A stretch of 64,000 bases of DNA from Escherichia coli (GCF_011045215.1 NZ_CP049201.1); one strand, 5' to 3'; shown: positions 44,694 to 58,281, counted from the first letter of the stretch. Notes: a model not told the origin generated them from the sequence alone. Made by a program: numbers and translations.

Positions 44694-44910
44694 TTAATGG
44701 ATTACCTGCGATAAAAATGCCCTCGTACGCTCTGATTTAGGATGCGCAAAAAATTCATCAGGTGCAGCTTGCTCCACTATTTCCCCACGATCCATAAAAA
44801 TTACCCGGTCAGCGACGGTTCGTGCAAACCCCATCTCATGTGTTACACACAACATTGTCATACCCGACTGCGCCAGCCCAATCATCGTATCCAGCACCTC
44901 TTTCACCATC
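44694..44910 (-). pseudogene. yhdZ: yhdZ 3' fragment (ABC ATPase C-terminus, H-loop region) cut off by the IS insertion
   Basis: 71-aa remnant MVKEVLDTMIGLAQSGMTMLCVTHEMGFARTVADRVIFMDRGEIVEQ; its ATG is adjacent to the IS end. Confidence 0.85.
44905..44910. repeat. target-site duplication ACCATC (copy 1)
   Basis: Identical 6-mer abuts both IS ends and maps to the yhdZ ..EMVK.. codons. Confidence 0.75.
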
Positions 44911-47412
<2,502 letters not shown>

Positions 47413-47419
47413 AGTGTCC

Positions 47420-48526
47420 TCAATGCGGTGTACGCCCGGTAGTAAAACGTTTTTCCAGATGTTGGCTATAACGTGACATGCTGAAACAGAAGATCCAGTA
47501 GATCAGCGCGGCGAAAACATACCCTTCCGTCGACATACCCAACCAGGCGGGATCAACGGTTGCCTGCTGAACGCTACTGAAAAGATCGAACAACCCGATG
47601 ATGATCACCAGGCTGGTATCTTTGAAGAGTGCGATGATGGTATTTACCAGCCCAGGAATTACCAGCTTCAACGCCTGTGGCAGAATAACCAGCCCCTGAG
47701 TTTTCCAGTAACCCAATGCCAGTGACTCTGCCGCTTCATATTGCCCTTTAGGCAGCGCCTGTAATCCGCCTCGCACGACTTCCGCAACATATGCTGACTG
47801 AAACAGGATCACGCCAACCAGCGCGCGGATCAGTTTGTCGATACTGGTGCCTTCTGCCATAAACAACGGCAGCATGACCGAAGACATAAACAATACGGTA
47901 ATCAGCGGTACGCCGCGCCAGAACTCGATAAAAATGACCGATAAGATACGCACAATCGGCATATGGGAGCGGCGACCTAACGCCAGTAAGATCCCCCACG
48001 GTAGCGCCCCCGCAATCCCAACGGATGCAATAATTAAAGTTAGCGTCAGCCCGCCCCATTGCCGGGTTTCAACCCGCTCAAGAGCAAAAAAACCGCCATA
48101 CATCAGCCACCAGACAATCAGTGGGTAAATCACCGCCCAGGCCGCAATATAGCGACCGCGATGCGGGAGTATTTTCCAGAACATTGGTGCGATCGACACA
48201 AGCCCAATCAGTAATGCGAGGTTAATTCGCCAGCGTTGGTCGTGTGGGTAAAGCCCATACATAAACTGACCAAATCGTTCGTGGATGAAGACCCAACAGG
48301 CACCAGCTTTTGTGCAGTCGGCACGCGTTGAGCCAACCCAGTTAGCCTGCAAAAATGCCCAGTTCAGCAACGGTGGGATCAGTTCCCACATCAACCATAT
48401 GCAGCCAATAGTCAGCAGGCTATTGCTCCAGCTGGAGAACAGATTTTTTCGCACCCACACCATCGCGCGGTTTGAGTTATGGCTCGCCGGGCGCGGGGGA
48501 TGAGACAGCAATACTTTTGTCATCAT
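47420..48526 (-). CDS. yhdY: amino-acid ABC transporter permease YhdY
   Basis: 368-aa polytopic ORF (start may be the second Met at 48523). Confidence 0.9.
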   Translation of the reverse strand: MMTKVLLSHPPRPASHNSNRAMVWVRKNLFSSWSNSLLTIGCIWLMWELIPPLLNWAFLQANWVGSTRADCTKAGACWVFIHERFGQFMYGLYPHDQRWRINLALLIGLVSIAPMFWKILPHRGRYIAAWAVIYPLIVWWLMYGGFFALERVETRQWGGLTLTLIIASVGIAGALPWGILLALGRRSHMPIVRILSVIFIEFWRGVPLITVLFMSSVMLPLFMAEGTSIDKLIRALVGVILFQSAYVAEVVRGGLQALPKGQYEAAESLALGYWKTQGLVILPQALKLVIPGLVNTIIALFKDTSLVIIIGLFDLFSSVQQATVDPAWLGMSTEGYVFAALIYWIFCFSMSRYSQHLEKRFTTGRTPH

Positions 48527-48532
48527 GACTCC

Positions 48533-49714
48533 TTAGCGTTCAACGATCGCGATGCGGCGGTTATAGATATTCATCAGCAGCGAGATAGTCAGGCTGATAA
48601 TCAGATAGACCGACATGGTCATGGCTATCGTCTCGATGGCTTGCCCCGTCTGATTGAGCACGGTGCCGGCAAACAGCGAAACCATATCGGGATAGCCAAT
48701 AGCGGCGGCAAGAGAGGAGTTTTTGACGATGTTGAGATACTGGCTGGTTAACGGTGGAATAATCACCCGCAATGCCTGGGGAATAATGACCTGGCGTAGC
48801 GTAACCGGGTTGGGTAATCCCAGTGACCGAGCCGCTTCATGTTGACCATAAGGCACTGCCTGGATCCCAGCGCGGATAATCTCGGCGATAAATGCAGATG
48901 TATAAACCGAAAGTGCCAGCGTTAAGGCTGCCAGTTCAGGAATTAAAACCATCCCGCCGCGGAAGTTAAAGCCTCGTAGGGCTGGGACATCCCAGTGTAG
49001 TGCTGCGCCAAAAAGCCATTGCGCCAGTAAAGGCAAACCAATGATCAACACTGCGGCGATCGGCCAGGTGCGGCGCAGTTGTCCGGTCTTTATCTGGTAT
49101 GTTTTATTAAAGCGGAATAGCCCAACAGAAAGGACTATAGCCATAACAACAGCCAGGATAAACGCAATAAATCCGTCTCCCAGCTGCGGTGACGGAATAT
49201 AAAGCCCACGATTGCTCAAAAAGGCCAGATCAAACGCGCTCACAGTCTGGCGTGGTCCGGGCAAATTGCGCAACACGGCAAAGTACCAGAAGAAGATTTG
49301 CAGCAGCGGGGGAATATTACGGAAGATCTCAATATAAATTGTGGAAAGCTTTCGTAGCAGCCAGTTATCCGAAAGTCTCGCCAGACCGATAAAGAAGCCC
49401 AAAACAGAAGCGAACACAATACACAATGCAGAAACCAGTAGCGTATTGAGTAAGCCGACAATAAAAACGCGTCCGTAGGTGTCGCCCTGCTGGTAATCTA
49501 TCAAATGCTGGACAATACCGAAGCCGGCGCCGCGATCCAGAAAGGCAAAACCTGAAGTAATGCCACGATTATTGAGATTCGTTACAGTGTTGTGAAATAA
49601 CCAACCAACAATGCCGACAACAGCAACAACGGCAAGGATCTGGAATAACCAGGCACGAACCGTAGGGTTGGCAAAGGAGAGTGAGCCTTTAACGGTTGAG
49701 CGGCGATGAGACAT
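48533..49714 (-). CDS. yhdX: amino-acid ABC transporter permease YhdX
   Basis: MSHRRSTVKGSLSFANPTVRAWLFQ start; the track ORF extends 6 codons upstream. Confidence 0.9.
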   Translation of the reverse strand: MSHRRSTVKGSLSFANPTVRAWLFQILAVVAVVGIVGWLFHNTVTNLNNRGITSGFAFLDRGAGFGIVQHLIDYQQGDTYGRVFIVGLLNTLLVSALCIVFASVLGFFIGLARLSDNWLLRKLSTIYIEIFRNIPPLLQIFFWYFAVLRNLPGPRQTVSAFDLAFLSNRGLYIPSPQLGDGFIAFILAVVMAIVLSVGLFRFNKTYQIKTGQLRRTWPIAAVLIIGLPLLAQWLFGAALHWDVPALRGFNFRGGMVLIPELAALTLALSVYTSAFIAEIIRAGIQAVPYGQHEAARSLGLPNPVTLRQVIIPQALRVIIPPLTSQYLNIVKNSSLAAAIGYPDMVSLFAGTVLNQTGQAIETIAMTMSVYLIISLTISLLMNIYNRRIAIVER

Positions 49715-49781
49715 AGAAACCTCGGAAAGCATAACGCTGAAGAGAGCGCCGCCGTAGCGACGCTCGTTACCTCACACCGAC

Positions 49782-50807
49782 TTAACGCACGGGCGGCGCG
49801 TACTGAATACCGCCGTTATTCCAGAGATTATTTTGCCCACGTTTAATTTTCAGCGGGCTTTCTGAACCTACGTTACGCTCAAAAATTTCCGAGTAGTTAC
49901 CCACCTGTTTGATGATGTTATAGGCCCATTTATTATCCAACTTCAGATCCTTGCCGTAATCGCCTTCTTTACCCAGCAGATGTGCCATATCAGGCGTTGC
50001 TGGATTAGCCGCTTTTTCATCGACGTTCTGGGAATTGATGCCCATCTCTTCAGCATTTAGCATGGCGAAAAGCGTCCAGCGTACAATCGAGAACCATTCA
50101 TCATCGCCACGACGAACTACCGGCCCAAGCGGTTCTTTAGAGATAACCTCCGGTAAGACAATCCATTCAGCCGGGTTGCTTAATTTGATGCGCAGGGCAT
50201 ACAGTTGGGATTGATCCGAAGCCAGCGTATCGCAGCGACCAGATTCCAGTGCCTTCGCTGATTCGTCAGAGCGATCGAAAGTCACTGGTGTGTACTTCAT
50301 ATTGTTTGCCTTGAAATAGTCGGCGACGTTGAGTTCGGTATCAGTACCCGCCTGAATACAGACGGTAGCGCCATCCAGTTCTTTCGCGCTTTTTAGCCCC
50401 GCTTTATCGTGCGTCAGGAAGCCTATGCCGTCGTAATAAGTGACGCCAGTAAATGCCATTCCCATCCCGGCATCGCGAGATGAAGTCCAGGTCGTATTAC
50501 GGGAGAGCAAATCCACCTCCCCTGACTGTAAAGCGGTGAAGCGTTCTTTTGCAGTGAGCGGGGTATATTTCACTTTCGTGTCGTCACCAAATACAGCAGC
50601 GGCAACACCACGACAAATATCAACATCAATACCTGAAAATTTACCGTCAGCATCGGCATAAGAGAACCCAGGTAATCCATCACTGATCCCGCATTGCACA
50701 AAACCTTTTTTCTGTACGGCATCAAGCGTCGCGCCAGCATGCGCCTGATTTGCAACGGCAAGCAGCACGCTGGCGGCAGCCAGTGTGGCTATCATCATCT
50801 TTTTCAT
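49782..50807 (-). CDS. yhdW: amino-acid ABC transporter periplasmic binding protein YhdW
   Basis: 341-aa ORF with signal peptide MKKMMIATLAAASVLLAVANQAHA. Confidence 0.9.
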   Translation of the reverse strand: MKKMMIATLAAASVLLAVANQAHAGATLDAVQKKGFVQCGISDGLPGFSYADADGKFSGIDVDICRGVAAAVFGDDTKVKYTPLTAKERFTALQSGEVDLLSRNTTWTSSRDAGMGMAFTGVTYYDGIGFLTHDKAGLKSAKELDGATVCIQAGTDTELNVADYFKANNMKYTPVTFDRSDESAKALESGRCDTLASDQSQLYALRIKLSNPAEWIVLPEVISKEPLGPVVRRGDDEWFSIVRWTLFAMLNAEEMGINSQNVDEKAANPATPDMAHLLGKEGDYGKDLKLDNKWAYNIIKQVGNYSEIFERNVGSESPLKIKRGQNNLWNNGGIQYAPPVR

Positions 50808-51096
50808 AATGCTTCCTGTGAGGCGAAAATTATCGTTATAGGACGTTTGGGAAACGTCTTTTACCTGTCTGTGGCCATCCTCTTATAAGCAAAAGTAGTG
50901 CCAGCTTTTGCGCACGATTTCGCGTCGCAATAAGCTGAGTGTAGACAGGAAATAATAAAAACAGCGCCCCGCAATGGTGCGAAAATGAAACATGCGCCAC
51001 ATTTTGGCGCAAAATATTTACGCGTGTTTTACTAAGCAGAATAATGATTGTTAGCGTGAGTATATTTCTGGTGGGAAGTGTGAAAATTAAATTGAT

Positions 51097-51125
51097 GCGT
51101 TATTTCGAAAGCGGCGAAATAACGC
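51097..51125. repeat. perfect 11-bp inverted repeat with 7-bp spacer in the yhdW-yhdV intergenic region
   Basis: GCGTTATTTCG-aaagcgg-CGAAATAACGC. Confidence 0.6.
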
Positions 51126-51237
51126 GATATAACATGCTAAATCAGCAGGGAATTATCCAGCAGAATATAGCAATATTTTATCTTATGGAGAGATACTGTA
51201 TCGTTAAACAGAGCGCGGAAATCCGCGCCCTGTTCAG

Positions 51238-51459
51238 TTATTTCGACAGAGCGATGATCCCCATCGTCAGGCCAGCAACAGCTGCTGCCCCGCCAGCAAT
51301 AGCCCCAGCCGTTTCCCAGTTATCCTGAGTCGTGCCTTTCATACAGGTATTGGTGTGAACCAGACGACCCTGATCGTCATAAACCGGAACGCAGGGCGAA
51401 TCATGAGCACAGCCCGCCAGCAATGCGGTGAGCAATGCCACAGGAATTAATCTTTTCAT
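51238..51459 (-). CDS. yhdV: lipoprotein YhdV
   Basis: 73-aa ORF with lipobox LLAGC and Gly/Ala-rich C-terminus. Confidence 0.85.
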   Translation of the reverse strand: MKRLIPVALLTALLAGCAHDSPCVPVYDDQGRLVHTNTCMKGTTQDNWETAGAIAGGAAAVAGLTMGIIALSK

Positions 51460-51678
51460 GGTGTTACCTCAGTAATAAACGCTAACGCTTAATAAGTTAA
51501 CTCTCTTATTAACGTGCTGAATGCCATTTTATCACCGGAGGTTATAAATCTTGCGGAATGAATAATGACAAATTATGTGAATTGTAAAAATAGTGAAGGG
51601 AGCGGGAACTATAGAAAGTTTTTAAAGAGTGAGAAGAAGAATATCTTATTAATTTTTATGGGTTTCACTGAGAATAAT

Positions 51679-51702
51679 AAAGGCGCCCGAAAGCGCCTTT
51701 AT
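51679..51702 (-). terminator. rho-independent terminator after acrF
   Basis: Minus-strand aaaggcgc-tttcgg-gcgccttt followed by attattc. Confidence 0.7.
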
Positions 51703-51711
51703 GTTTCTGAT

Positions 51712-54700
51712 TTATCCTTTAAAGCAACGGCGGATCACCACAAAGAACACCGGTACGAAGAAGATTGCCAGCAACGTTGCAGAGACCATTCCTCCCATTA
51801 CCCCGATACCCACAGCGTTCTGCGCGCCACTGCCGGCACCGTTACTGATAGCCAGCGGTAATACGCCGAGAATAAAGGCGAGAGAGGTCATCAGGATAGG
51901 ACGCAGACGCATACGTACTGCCATTAGTGTCGCTTCAACAACATCTTTACCCTCTTTCTCCATGAGATCTTTAGCGAACTCAACAATCAAAATAGCGTTT
52001 TTGGCCGACAAGCCAATTGTCGTTAGCAAGCCCACCATAAAGTAGACGTCATTTTTTTGATTAAAGAGTGTCGCCGCCAGCAGCACGCCGACAATCCCTA
52101 ACGGCACGACCAACATAACCGAGACAGGAATTGACCAGCTTTCATAGAGTGCAGCAAGGCACAGGAAAACAACCACAAAGGAAATTGCTACCAGAGCGGG
52201 AGCCTGGTTTCCCGATAAGCGTTCCTGATACGACATACCCGTCCAGTCATAACCAATGCCCGCAGGTAATTTTGACGCAAGGTTTTCCATCAACGCCATG
52301 GCATCGCCGGAACTGGTTCCTGGCGCGGCTTCCCCCTGAATCTCCATTGACGGCAGACCGTTGTAGCGTTCCAGTCGCGGAGAGCCATACACCCAATGTG
52401 AAGTGGTAAAGGCAGAGAATGGCACCATTTCGCCGTTGGCGCTGCGGACATAAAGTTTATCGACATCTTCTGGCAGCATACGGAATTTGGCATCCGCCTG
52501 AACATACACCTTTTTCACGCGACCACGGTCGATGAAGTCGTTAACGTAAGTCCCACCCAGCGCCGTTGAAATGGTCTGATTGATGTCAGAAAGTGAAACA
52601 CCTAATGCCTGCGCCTTTTCCTGGTCAACTTCCAGTTTAAACTGCGCGGTGTCTTCCAGGCCATTAGGACGCACGCTGACTAAGCTGGCAGGATGTTGCG
52701 CCGCCATACCAAGCAACTGGTTACGGGCCTGGGTTAGGGCATCGTGACCCAGCCCAGCCTGATCAATTAACTCAAAGTCGAAACCCGTTGCCGTGCCCAG
52801 TTCAACAATGGCTGGCATGTTGAATGGAATGACAAAACCGTCGCGGATCTTGCCCAATTCCATTTTGGCACGATGGATTACCGCTTCCGCACTGTTTTCG
52901 TCACCATTACGCTCTTCCCACGGTTTCAGACTGACGAAGGCCATACCGGCGTTTTGTGCCTGGCCGCTGAAGCTAAAGCCGTTAACCGTAAAGACACTTT
53001 CAACGTTCGCTTTCTCGTTCTTCAGATAGTAATCCGTCACTTGATCCAACACTTTTTGCGTCCGCTCTTGCGTCGCGCCAGCGGGTAACTGAATCATGGT
53101 CAGAAAGACACCCTGATCCTCTTCAGGTAAGAAGGAAGACGGAAGACGTAAAAACAACACCACCATTCCTGCAACAATCAGCGCATAGATCAGTAAATAT
53201 CGTCCTGTGGAACCGAGGATTTTGCCGACGCTGTTGGTGTAGTGGTTAACGCTATGATCGAAGGTGGTATTAAACCAGCCGAAGAAACCGCCCTTATTTT
53301 CGTGATGCTCAGCAGAGACGGGTTTAAGCAGCGTTGCACATAACGCAGGGGTAAGAATCAATGCCACCAGAACAGAAAGCGCCATTGCCGAAACGATGGT
53401 GATAGAGAACTGGCGATAAATTGCCCCAGTAGAACCGCCGAAGAATGCCATCGGAATAAATACCGCTGACAGCACCATCGCGATACCCACCAGTGCGCCC
53501 TGGATTTGCGACATTGATTTTTCCGTCGCTTCTTTTGGCGGGAGCTTATCCTCCATCATCACGCGCTCGACGTTCTCCACCACCACTATCGCATCATCGA
53601 CGAGCAGCCCGATGGCAAGCACCATCCCGAACATCGTTAGTGTGTTGATGGAGTAACCAAAAGCGGCGAGGATGGCAAACGTCCCTAACAACACCACGGG
53701 TACCGCAATGGTGGGGATCAGCGTTGCTCGCATATTCTGCAAGAACAGATACATCACCAGGAACACCAGCATAATAGCTTCGAACAGTGTTTTTACCACT
53801 TCGTGAATAGAAAGCTGGACGAATGGCGTGGTGTCATAAGGGTAGAGAACCTTCATTCCCTGCGGGAAGAATGGCTGTAATTCCGCCAGTTTTGCCTTAA
53901 TGGCTTTCGCGGTATCGAGAGCATTCGCGCCGGTTGCCAGCTTAATACCCAGGCCCGCCGCCGGTTTTCCGTTGATGCGAGCGATAACGTTATAGTTTTC
54001 ACCGCCAAGTTCAACCCGTGCGACATCTTTCAGGCGTACCACCGAGCCGTCACTGTTTACGCGCAGGGTCACTTTGCCGAATTCTTCCGGATTTTTTAAC
54101 CGCGTCTGAGCAATAATCGAGGCATTCAACTGTTGCCCTGGTAACGCTGGCGTTCCGCCCAACTGTCCGGCAGCGATCTGATCGTTCTGTACCTTCAACT
54201 GGTTAATCACATCAACCGGTGTCAGTTTATATTTGTTTAGCAGATCGGCGTCCAGCCAGATACGCATCGCATACTGTGCGCCGAAAAGCTGTACGTCACC
54301 GACGCCATTCAGACGGCTAAGCGTATCTTTAACGTTAGAGGCCACATAGTCCGAGATATCGTCCTGTGTGGTGTCTGGGTTATCAGAGACAAAGCCCGCC
54401 ACCATCAAATAGCTGCTACTGGACTTTTCAACACTGATCCCCTGCTGCTGAACCTCCTGCGGCAGCAACGGCGTGGCGAGCTGGAGTTTGTTCTGCACCT
54501 GCACTTGCGCGATATCAGGATCGGTCCCGGACTGGAAGGTAAGGGTAATTGTCACGCTACCGGCGGAATCGCTGGTGGAGGACATATACATCAGGTTATC
54601 GATACCGTTCATATTCTGTTCGATAACCTGCGTCACCGTATCCTGCACGGTCTGCGCATCAGCGCCCGGATAGTTTGCTGAAACAGAAACCGCTGGCGGT

Positions 54701-54816
54701 GCAATGGTTGGATACTGAGCGACGGGCAATTGTAGGATCGCCAGTGCGCCAGCCATCATCAGAATAATGGCCAGCACCCATGCAAATATCGGTCGTCGAA
54801 TAAAAAAGTTTGCCAT
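51712..54816 (-). CDS. acrF: RND multidrug efflux transporter AcrF
   Basis: 1034-aa [39 protein letters not shown]. Confidence 0.96.
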   Translation of the reverse strand: MANFFIRRPIFAWVLAIILMMAGALAILQLPVAQYPTIAPPAVSVSANYPGADAQTVQDTVTQVIEQNMNGIDNLMYMSSTSDSAGSVTITLTFQSGTDPDIAQVQVQNKLQLATPLLPQEVQQQGISVEKSSSSYLMVAGFVSDNPDTTQDDISDYVASNVKDTLSRLNGVGDVQLFGAQYAMRIWLDADLLNKYKLTPVDVINQLKVQNDQIAAGQLGGTPALPGQQLNASIIAQTRLKNPEEFGKVTLRVNSDGSVVRLKDVARVELGGENYNVIARINGKPAAGLGIKLATGANALDTAKAIKAKLAELQPFFPQGMKVLYPYDTTPFVQLSIHEVVKTLFEAIMLVFLVMYLFLQNMRATLIPTIAVPVVLLGTFAILAAFGYSINTLTMFGMVLAIGLLVDDAIVVVENVERVMMEDKLPPKEATEKSMSQIQGALVGIAMVLSAVFIPMAFFGGSTGAIYRQFSITIVSAMALSVLVALILTPALCATLLKPVSAEHHENKGGFFGWFNTTFDHSVNHYTNSVGKILGSTGRYLLIYALIVAGMVVLFLRLPSSFLPEEDQGVFLTMIQLPAGATQERTQKVLDQVTDYYLKNEKANVESVFTVNGFSFSGQAQNAGMAFVSLKPWEERNGDENSAEAVIHRAKMELGKIRDGFVIPFNMPAIVELGTATGFDFELIDQAGLGHDALTQARNQLLGMAAQHPASLVSVRPNGLEDTAQFKLEVDQEKAQALGVSLSDINQTISTALGGTYVNDFIDRGRVKKVYVQADAKFRMLPEDVDKLYVRSANGEMVPFSAFTTSHWVYGSPRLERYNGLPSMEIQGEAAPGTSSGDAMALMENLASKLPAGIGYDWTGMSYQERLSGNQAPALVAISFVVVFLCLAALYESWSIPVSVMLVVPLGIVGVLLAATLFNQKNDVYFMVGLLTTIGLSAKNAILIVEFAKDLMEKEGKDVVEATLMAVRMRLRPILMTSLAFILGVLPLAISNGAGSGAQNAVGIGVMGGMVSATLLAIFFVPVFFVVIRRCFKG

Positions 54817-54827
54817 GTCAGATTACC

Positions 54828-55985
54828 TTACTTCGATGCAGTATCTGCGGGGGTATCGGTAGTGGCTTTAACCTGCTCTCCCGGACGCGCTTTTTGCAGG
54901 CCGCTGACAATGACTTGATCGCCAGATTTCAGACCTTCGCTAATCAACCATTTATCGCCAATCGCCTGACTGGCAACGACAGGGCGCGCTTCAACCTGAC
55001 TTTTATCGTTAACAATCAGCACGGTTGCATCACCACGCGGTGTGCGGCTAACGCCTTGTTGCGGGATAAGAATGGCGTCAGGTTGGACGCCTTCATCAAT
55101 CCGTGCACGCACAAACATACCCGGCAAAAGCGTATGTTGCGGGTTAGGGAAGACAGCACGTAGGGTTATGGAGCCGGTGCTTTCATCAACGGTCACATCG
55201 GAGAATTGCAGCGTACCTTTCAGGGGATAGGTTTGACCGTTTTCCATGACCAACTCTACGTTGCTGGTGGCGTTTTCCTTATGCAAATTTCCTTGCTCTA
55301 CGGATTGCTTCAGCCTCATAAAATCGTTGCTGGATTGGGTCACATCAACGTAGATAGGATCGAGCTGCTGGACAGTTGCCAGTTCAGTCGTTTGCCCATT
55401 AGTGACAAGAGCGCCTTCGGTCACAGTTGATTTGCCGATACGTCCGCTAATTGGCGCAGTCACTTTGGTATAAGCAAGATTGATGCGAGCGCTTTCGACT
55501 GTGGCTTTTGCGGCAATCACGGCGGCATCGGCCTGGCGAGCATCAGCAATGGCCTGGTCGTACTCCTGCTGGCTGATGTATTTCGTACCCACGAGCGGAA
55601 CGTAACGTTTTACCGTCAAATGCGCGATGGCGGCGGCGGCTTCACTTTTCGCCAGTTCGCCTTTCGCGCTGTCATAATTTGCCTGATAGGTCGCGGGATC
55701 GATCTGGTACAGGGACTGGCCTGCTTGCACATCGCTGCCTTCAGTGAAATTGCGATTCAGTACGATCCCGCTAACCTGTGGGCGAACTTCGGCTATACGA
55801 TAAGCATTGGTGCGGCCTGGTAATTCAGTCTTAACTTCTAACGGGGCCGTTTTTACAATATGAACGGTAACCTGCGGTTCACCGACGTGAGCTTTCTCTT
55901 CTCCCTTATCGTTACAATCGGCGATTAAAGCCGCGGAGATCAGAATAAAGGAGGGCAGGAGGAAAAACCTGGCATGTTTCGTCAT
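54828..55985 (-). CDS. acrE: periplasmic adaptor (membrane fusion) protein AcrE
   Basis: 385-aa ORF with lipobox, immediately upstream of acrF. Confidence 0.96.
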   Translation of the reverse strand: MTKHARFFLLPSFILISAALIADCNDKGEEKAHVGEPQVTVHIVKTAPLEVKTELPGRTNAYRIAEVRPQVSGIVLNRNFTEGSDVQAGQSLYQIDPATYQANYDSAKGELAKSEAAAAIAHLTVKRYVPLVGTKYISQQEYDQAIADARQADAAVIAAKATVESARINLAYTKVTAPISGRIGKSTVTEGALVTNGQTTELATVQQLDPIYVDVTQSSNDFMRLKQSVEQGNLHKENATSNVELVMENGQTYPLKGTLQFSDVTVDESTGSITLRAVFPNPQHTLLPGMFVRARIDEGVQPDAILIPQQGVSRTPRGDATVLIVNDKSQVEARPVVASQAIGDKWLISEGLKSGDQVIVSGLQKARPGEQVKATTDTPADTASK

Positions 55986-56383
55986 TACTATTCCTCAAAA
56001 AACCAAAAGCGCGTTATTTACCCAAAAAGGCAACGCGTTAACTCGCAGAAAGAAAAATACAGTTCGCTATCCTACAAATTATCATTCGTCGATGTAAGGA
56101 ATAGTTATGAATACAGGCGTCTCAAGGCACATAAACACAAAAAAAGATTAATATTCTACTGTTTTATTTTGACGCGGGTTGAAAGAGGCAGAATTAAAAC
56201 CTCGTAAATTGAAATATATATTGATGTAGTGAATGTATCTTAGGTAAATAATATATATTATTTATTTAACGATTTATAGCAACTCAATATTAGCCTCTCG
56301 TATAAATACACATTAGGTGATAGATTAACCTTCGCTATTTTCTCACTCTGTGTCGAATATATTTATTTCCTGAATAATTAATC

Positions 56384-57046
56384 ATGGCAAAAAGAACCAA
56401 AGCCGAAGCTCTGAAGACCCGGCAAGAACTGATTGAAACTGCCATCGCCCAGTTTGCGCAGCATGGCGTAAGCAAGACGACGCTCAACGACATTGCCGAC
56501 GCCGCTAACGTTACGCGTGGCGCTATCTACTGGCACTTCGAAAACAAGACTCAACTGTTTAATGAGATGTGGTTGCAACAGCCTTCATTGCGGGAGTTAA
56601 TCCAGGATCACTTGACGGCTGGGTTAGAGCATGACCCGTTTCAACAATTGCGTGAAAAATTGATTGTCGGCTTGCAATATATTGCCAAAATTCCCCGCCA
56701 GCAGGCGTTGCTGAAAATCTTATATCACAAATGTGAATTTAATGATGAGATGCTGGCCGAGGGAGTGATACGCGAAAAGATGGGCTTTAATCCGCAGACT
56801 CTCCGTGAAGTATTGCAGGCGTGTCAGCAAAAAGGTTGTGTAGCAAATAACCTCGATTTAGATGTTGTGATAATTATTATTGATGGTGCCTTCAGCGGAA
56901 TTGTTCAAAACTGGTTAATGAATATGGCGGGTTATGATCTTTATAAACAAGCCCCCGCTCTTGTCGATAACGTATTAAGAATGTTCATGCCAGATGAAAA
57001 CATAACGAAATTAATTCATCAAACGAATGAATTAAGTGTCATGTAA
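56384..57046 (+). CDS. acrS: TetR-family repressor AcrS (EnvR)
   Basis: 220-aa ORF with N-terminal TetR HTH, divergent from acrEF. Confidence 0.93.
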   Translation: MAKRTKAEALKTRQELIETAIAQFAQHGVSKTTLNDIADAANVTRGAIYWHFENKTQLFNEMWLQQPSLRELIQDHLTAGLEHDPFQQLREKLIVGLQYIAKIPRQQALLKILYHKCEFNDEMLAEGVIREKMGFNPQTLREVLQACQQKGCVANNLDLDVVIIIIDGAFSGIVQNWLMNMAGYDLYKQAPALVDNVLRMFMPDENITKLIHQTNELSVM

Positions 57047-57054
57047 ATTCACAT

Positions 57055-57255
57055 TCAGTCCTGAAAATTCAGTTCGTCACAGTTAACCAGTTTTAGTGGA
57101 TTAACTGAGTTCATATTGCGGCATTTGTCTGTTTCTGTTGCCAGCAGTTCAATCCACTGCATCAGTAAAGTATCAAACAGAAAAACGAAGACAGCGAAAA
57201 CGACGAGCCACCAATACTTGCGAATCATTACCTGAGCCTGTGCATGTTTAACCAA
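57055..57255 (-). CDS. yhdU: small membrane protein YhdU
   Basis: ORF with a single TM segment (YWWLVVFAVFVFLF); true start may be the internal Met (MIRKYWW). Confidence 0.6.
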   Translation of the reverse strand: MVKHAQAQVMIRKYWWLVVFAVFVFLFDTLLMQWIELLATETDKCRNMNSVNPLKLVNCDELNFQD

Positions 57256-57311
57256 GTCTGGCAGGAAATATACACGAAATGAATAATCTGAAAACCAGGC
57301 TTACACATCCT

Positions 57312-58202
57312 TTACTTTGTAATGAGATCGGGGTCAACTTCGCTTAACCGGCTTCGTTTTGACAGGTTGCCGGTCTTTCTTTTTTTCACTTTCGCCAGTT
57401 CTTCCGCAGAGTAATGCGACGCGACATCCAGCCGTCGAAGCCCCATTTTGATGTACTCGCTGTTGATCTCAATACCAATGAATTTTCGTCCGCTGGCGAT
57501 GGCTACGGCACCGGTAGTAAAGCTACCAGCAAACGGGTCGAGAACGATATCGCCTGGGTTGGAAGAGGCGAGAATAATGCGTTTCAGTAAGGCTTCCGGT
57601 TTTTGCGTCGGGTGGTTTTCATATTCATCCATCAAATAACGCACGCGAGGAAAATCCCAGACGTTACCCGGTACTTTTTGATGATTGTAAGGCTGTGGAG
57701 GATTTTTGCGATAATCGATCAACGCGCGCTGCGATCCGGTTTTGGCTTCTACCAGAATAGCATCACCGTTGAATGTGTAGTTCTTTGCGTCTTTCACCAT
57801 CATCAGGATGGGTTCGTACATGGAGCCGTAGTGTTTTTTCGCCTGCACTCCAGAACTGTCATAGGACCAGACGATCCGACTTTTGATGGTAAAAAGCTTG
57901 CGGCACTGGAGATCGATAAAGGGCATGTTTTCCGTACTGTTCATGATGTACATGCTGCCCTGCTTTTTCAGAACGCGGTGGCACTCTGCAATCACTTCAA
58001 ACAGCCAGTCGATAAACAGATCTTCTTTCCAGGCTTCGATCAGACCATCAAAATTTTTACCGATGTTATACGGTGGGTCGGCAAAGATCAGATCGACGCT
58101 TTCAGTAGGTAGCTTTTTAAGTTCGGCAAGGGCATCACCGTGAATAATGGTCTTAGCTTCATTACCAAACCGGGTCGGTTCACATCCTGTTCTCATGGTC
58201 AC
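57312..58202 (-). CDS. yhdJ: orphan N6-adenine DNA methyltransferase YhdJ
   Basis: ORF with the DPPY motif (FADPPYNIG) and SAM-binding region; start may be 2 codons downstream. Confidence 0.92.
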   Translation of the reverse strand: MTMRTGCEPTRFGNEAKTIIHGDALAELKKLPTESVDLIFADPPYNIGKNFDGLIEAWKEDLFIDWLFEVIAECHRVLKKQGSMYIMNSTENMPFIDLQCRKLFTIKSRIVWSYDSSGVQAKKHYGSMYEPILMMVKDAKNYTFNGDAILVEAKTGSQRALIDYRKNPPQPYNHQKVPGNVWDFPRVRYLMDEYENHPTQKPEALLKRIILASSNPGDIVLDPFAGSFTTGAVAIASGRKFIGIEINSEYIKMGLRRLDVASHYSAEELAKVKKRKTGNLSKRSRLSEVDPDLITK

Positions 58203-58223
58203 TCCCTTTGTGACACCTATAAA

Positions 58224-58260
58224 AAAGGCGCTTCCCCATGCCGAGTAGCGCCTTTTTAAT
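58224..58260 (-). terminator. rho-independent terminator after fis
   Basis: Minus-strand aaaaaggcgct-N14-agcgccttttttat. Confidence 0.75.
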
Positions 58261-58281
58261 CAAGCATTTAGCTAACCTGAA

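Noticed and set aside
51044-51328. 94-aa plus-strand ORF in the yhdW-yhdV spacer
   Set aside because: No Shine-Dalgarno sequence upstream; the C-terminal third is antisense to the Ala-rich tail of yhdV; more likely non-coding promoter or terminator region
57603-58112. 169-aa plus-strand ORF antisense to yhdJ
   Set aside because: Fully embedded antisense to a recognisable methyltransferase gene; no independent support
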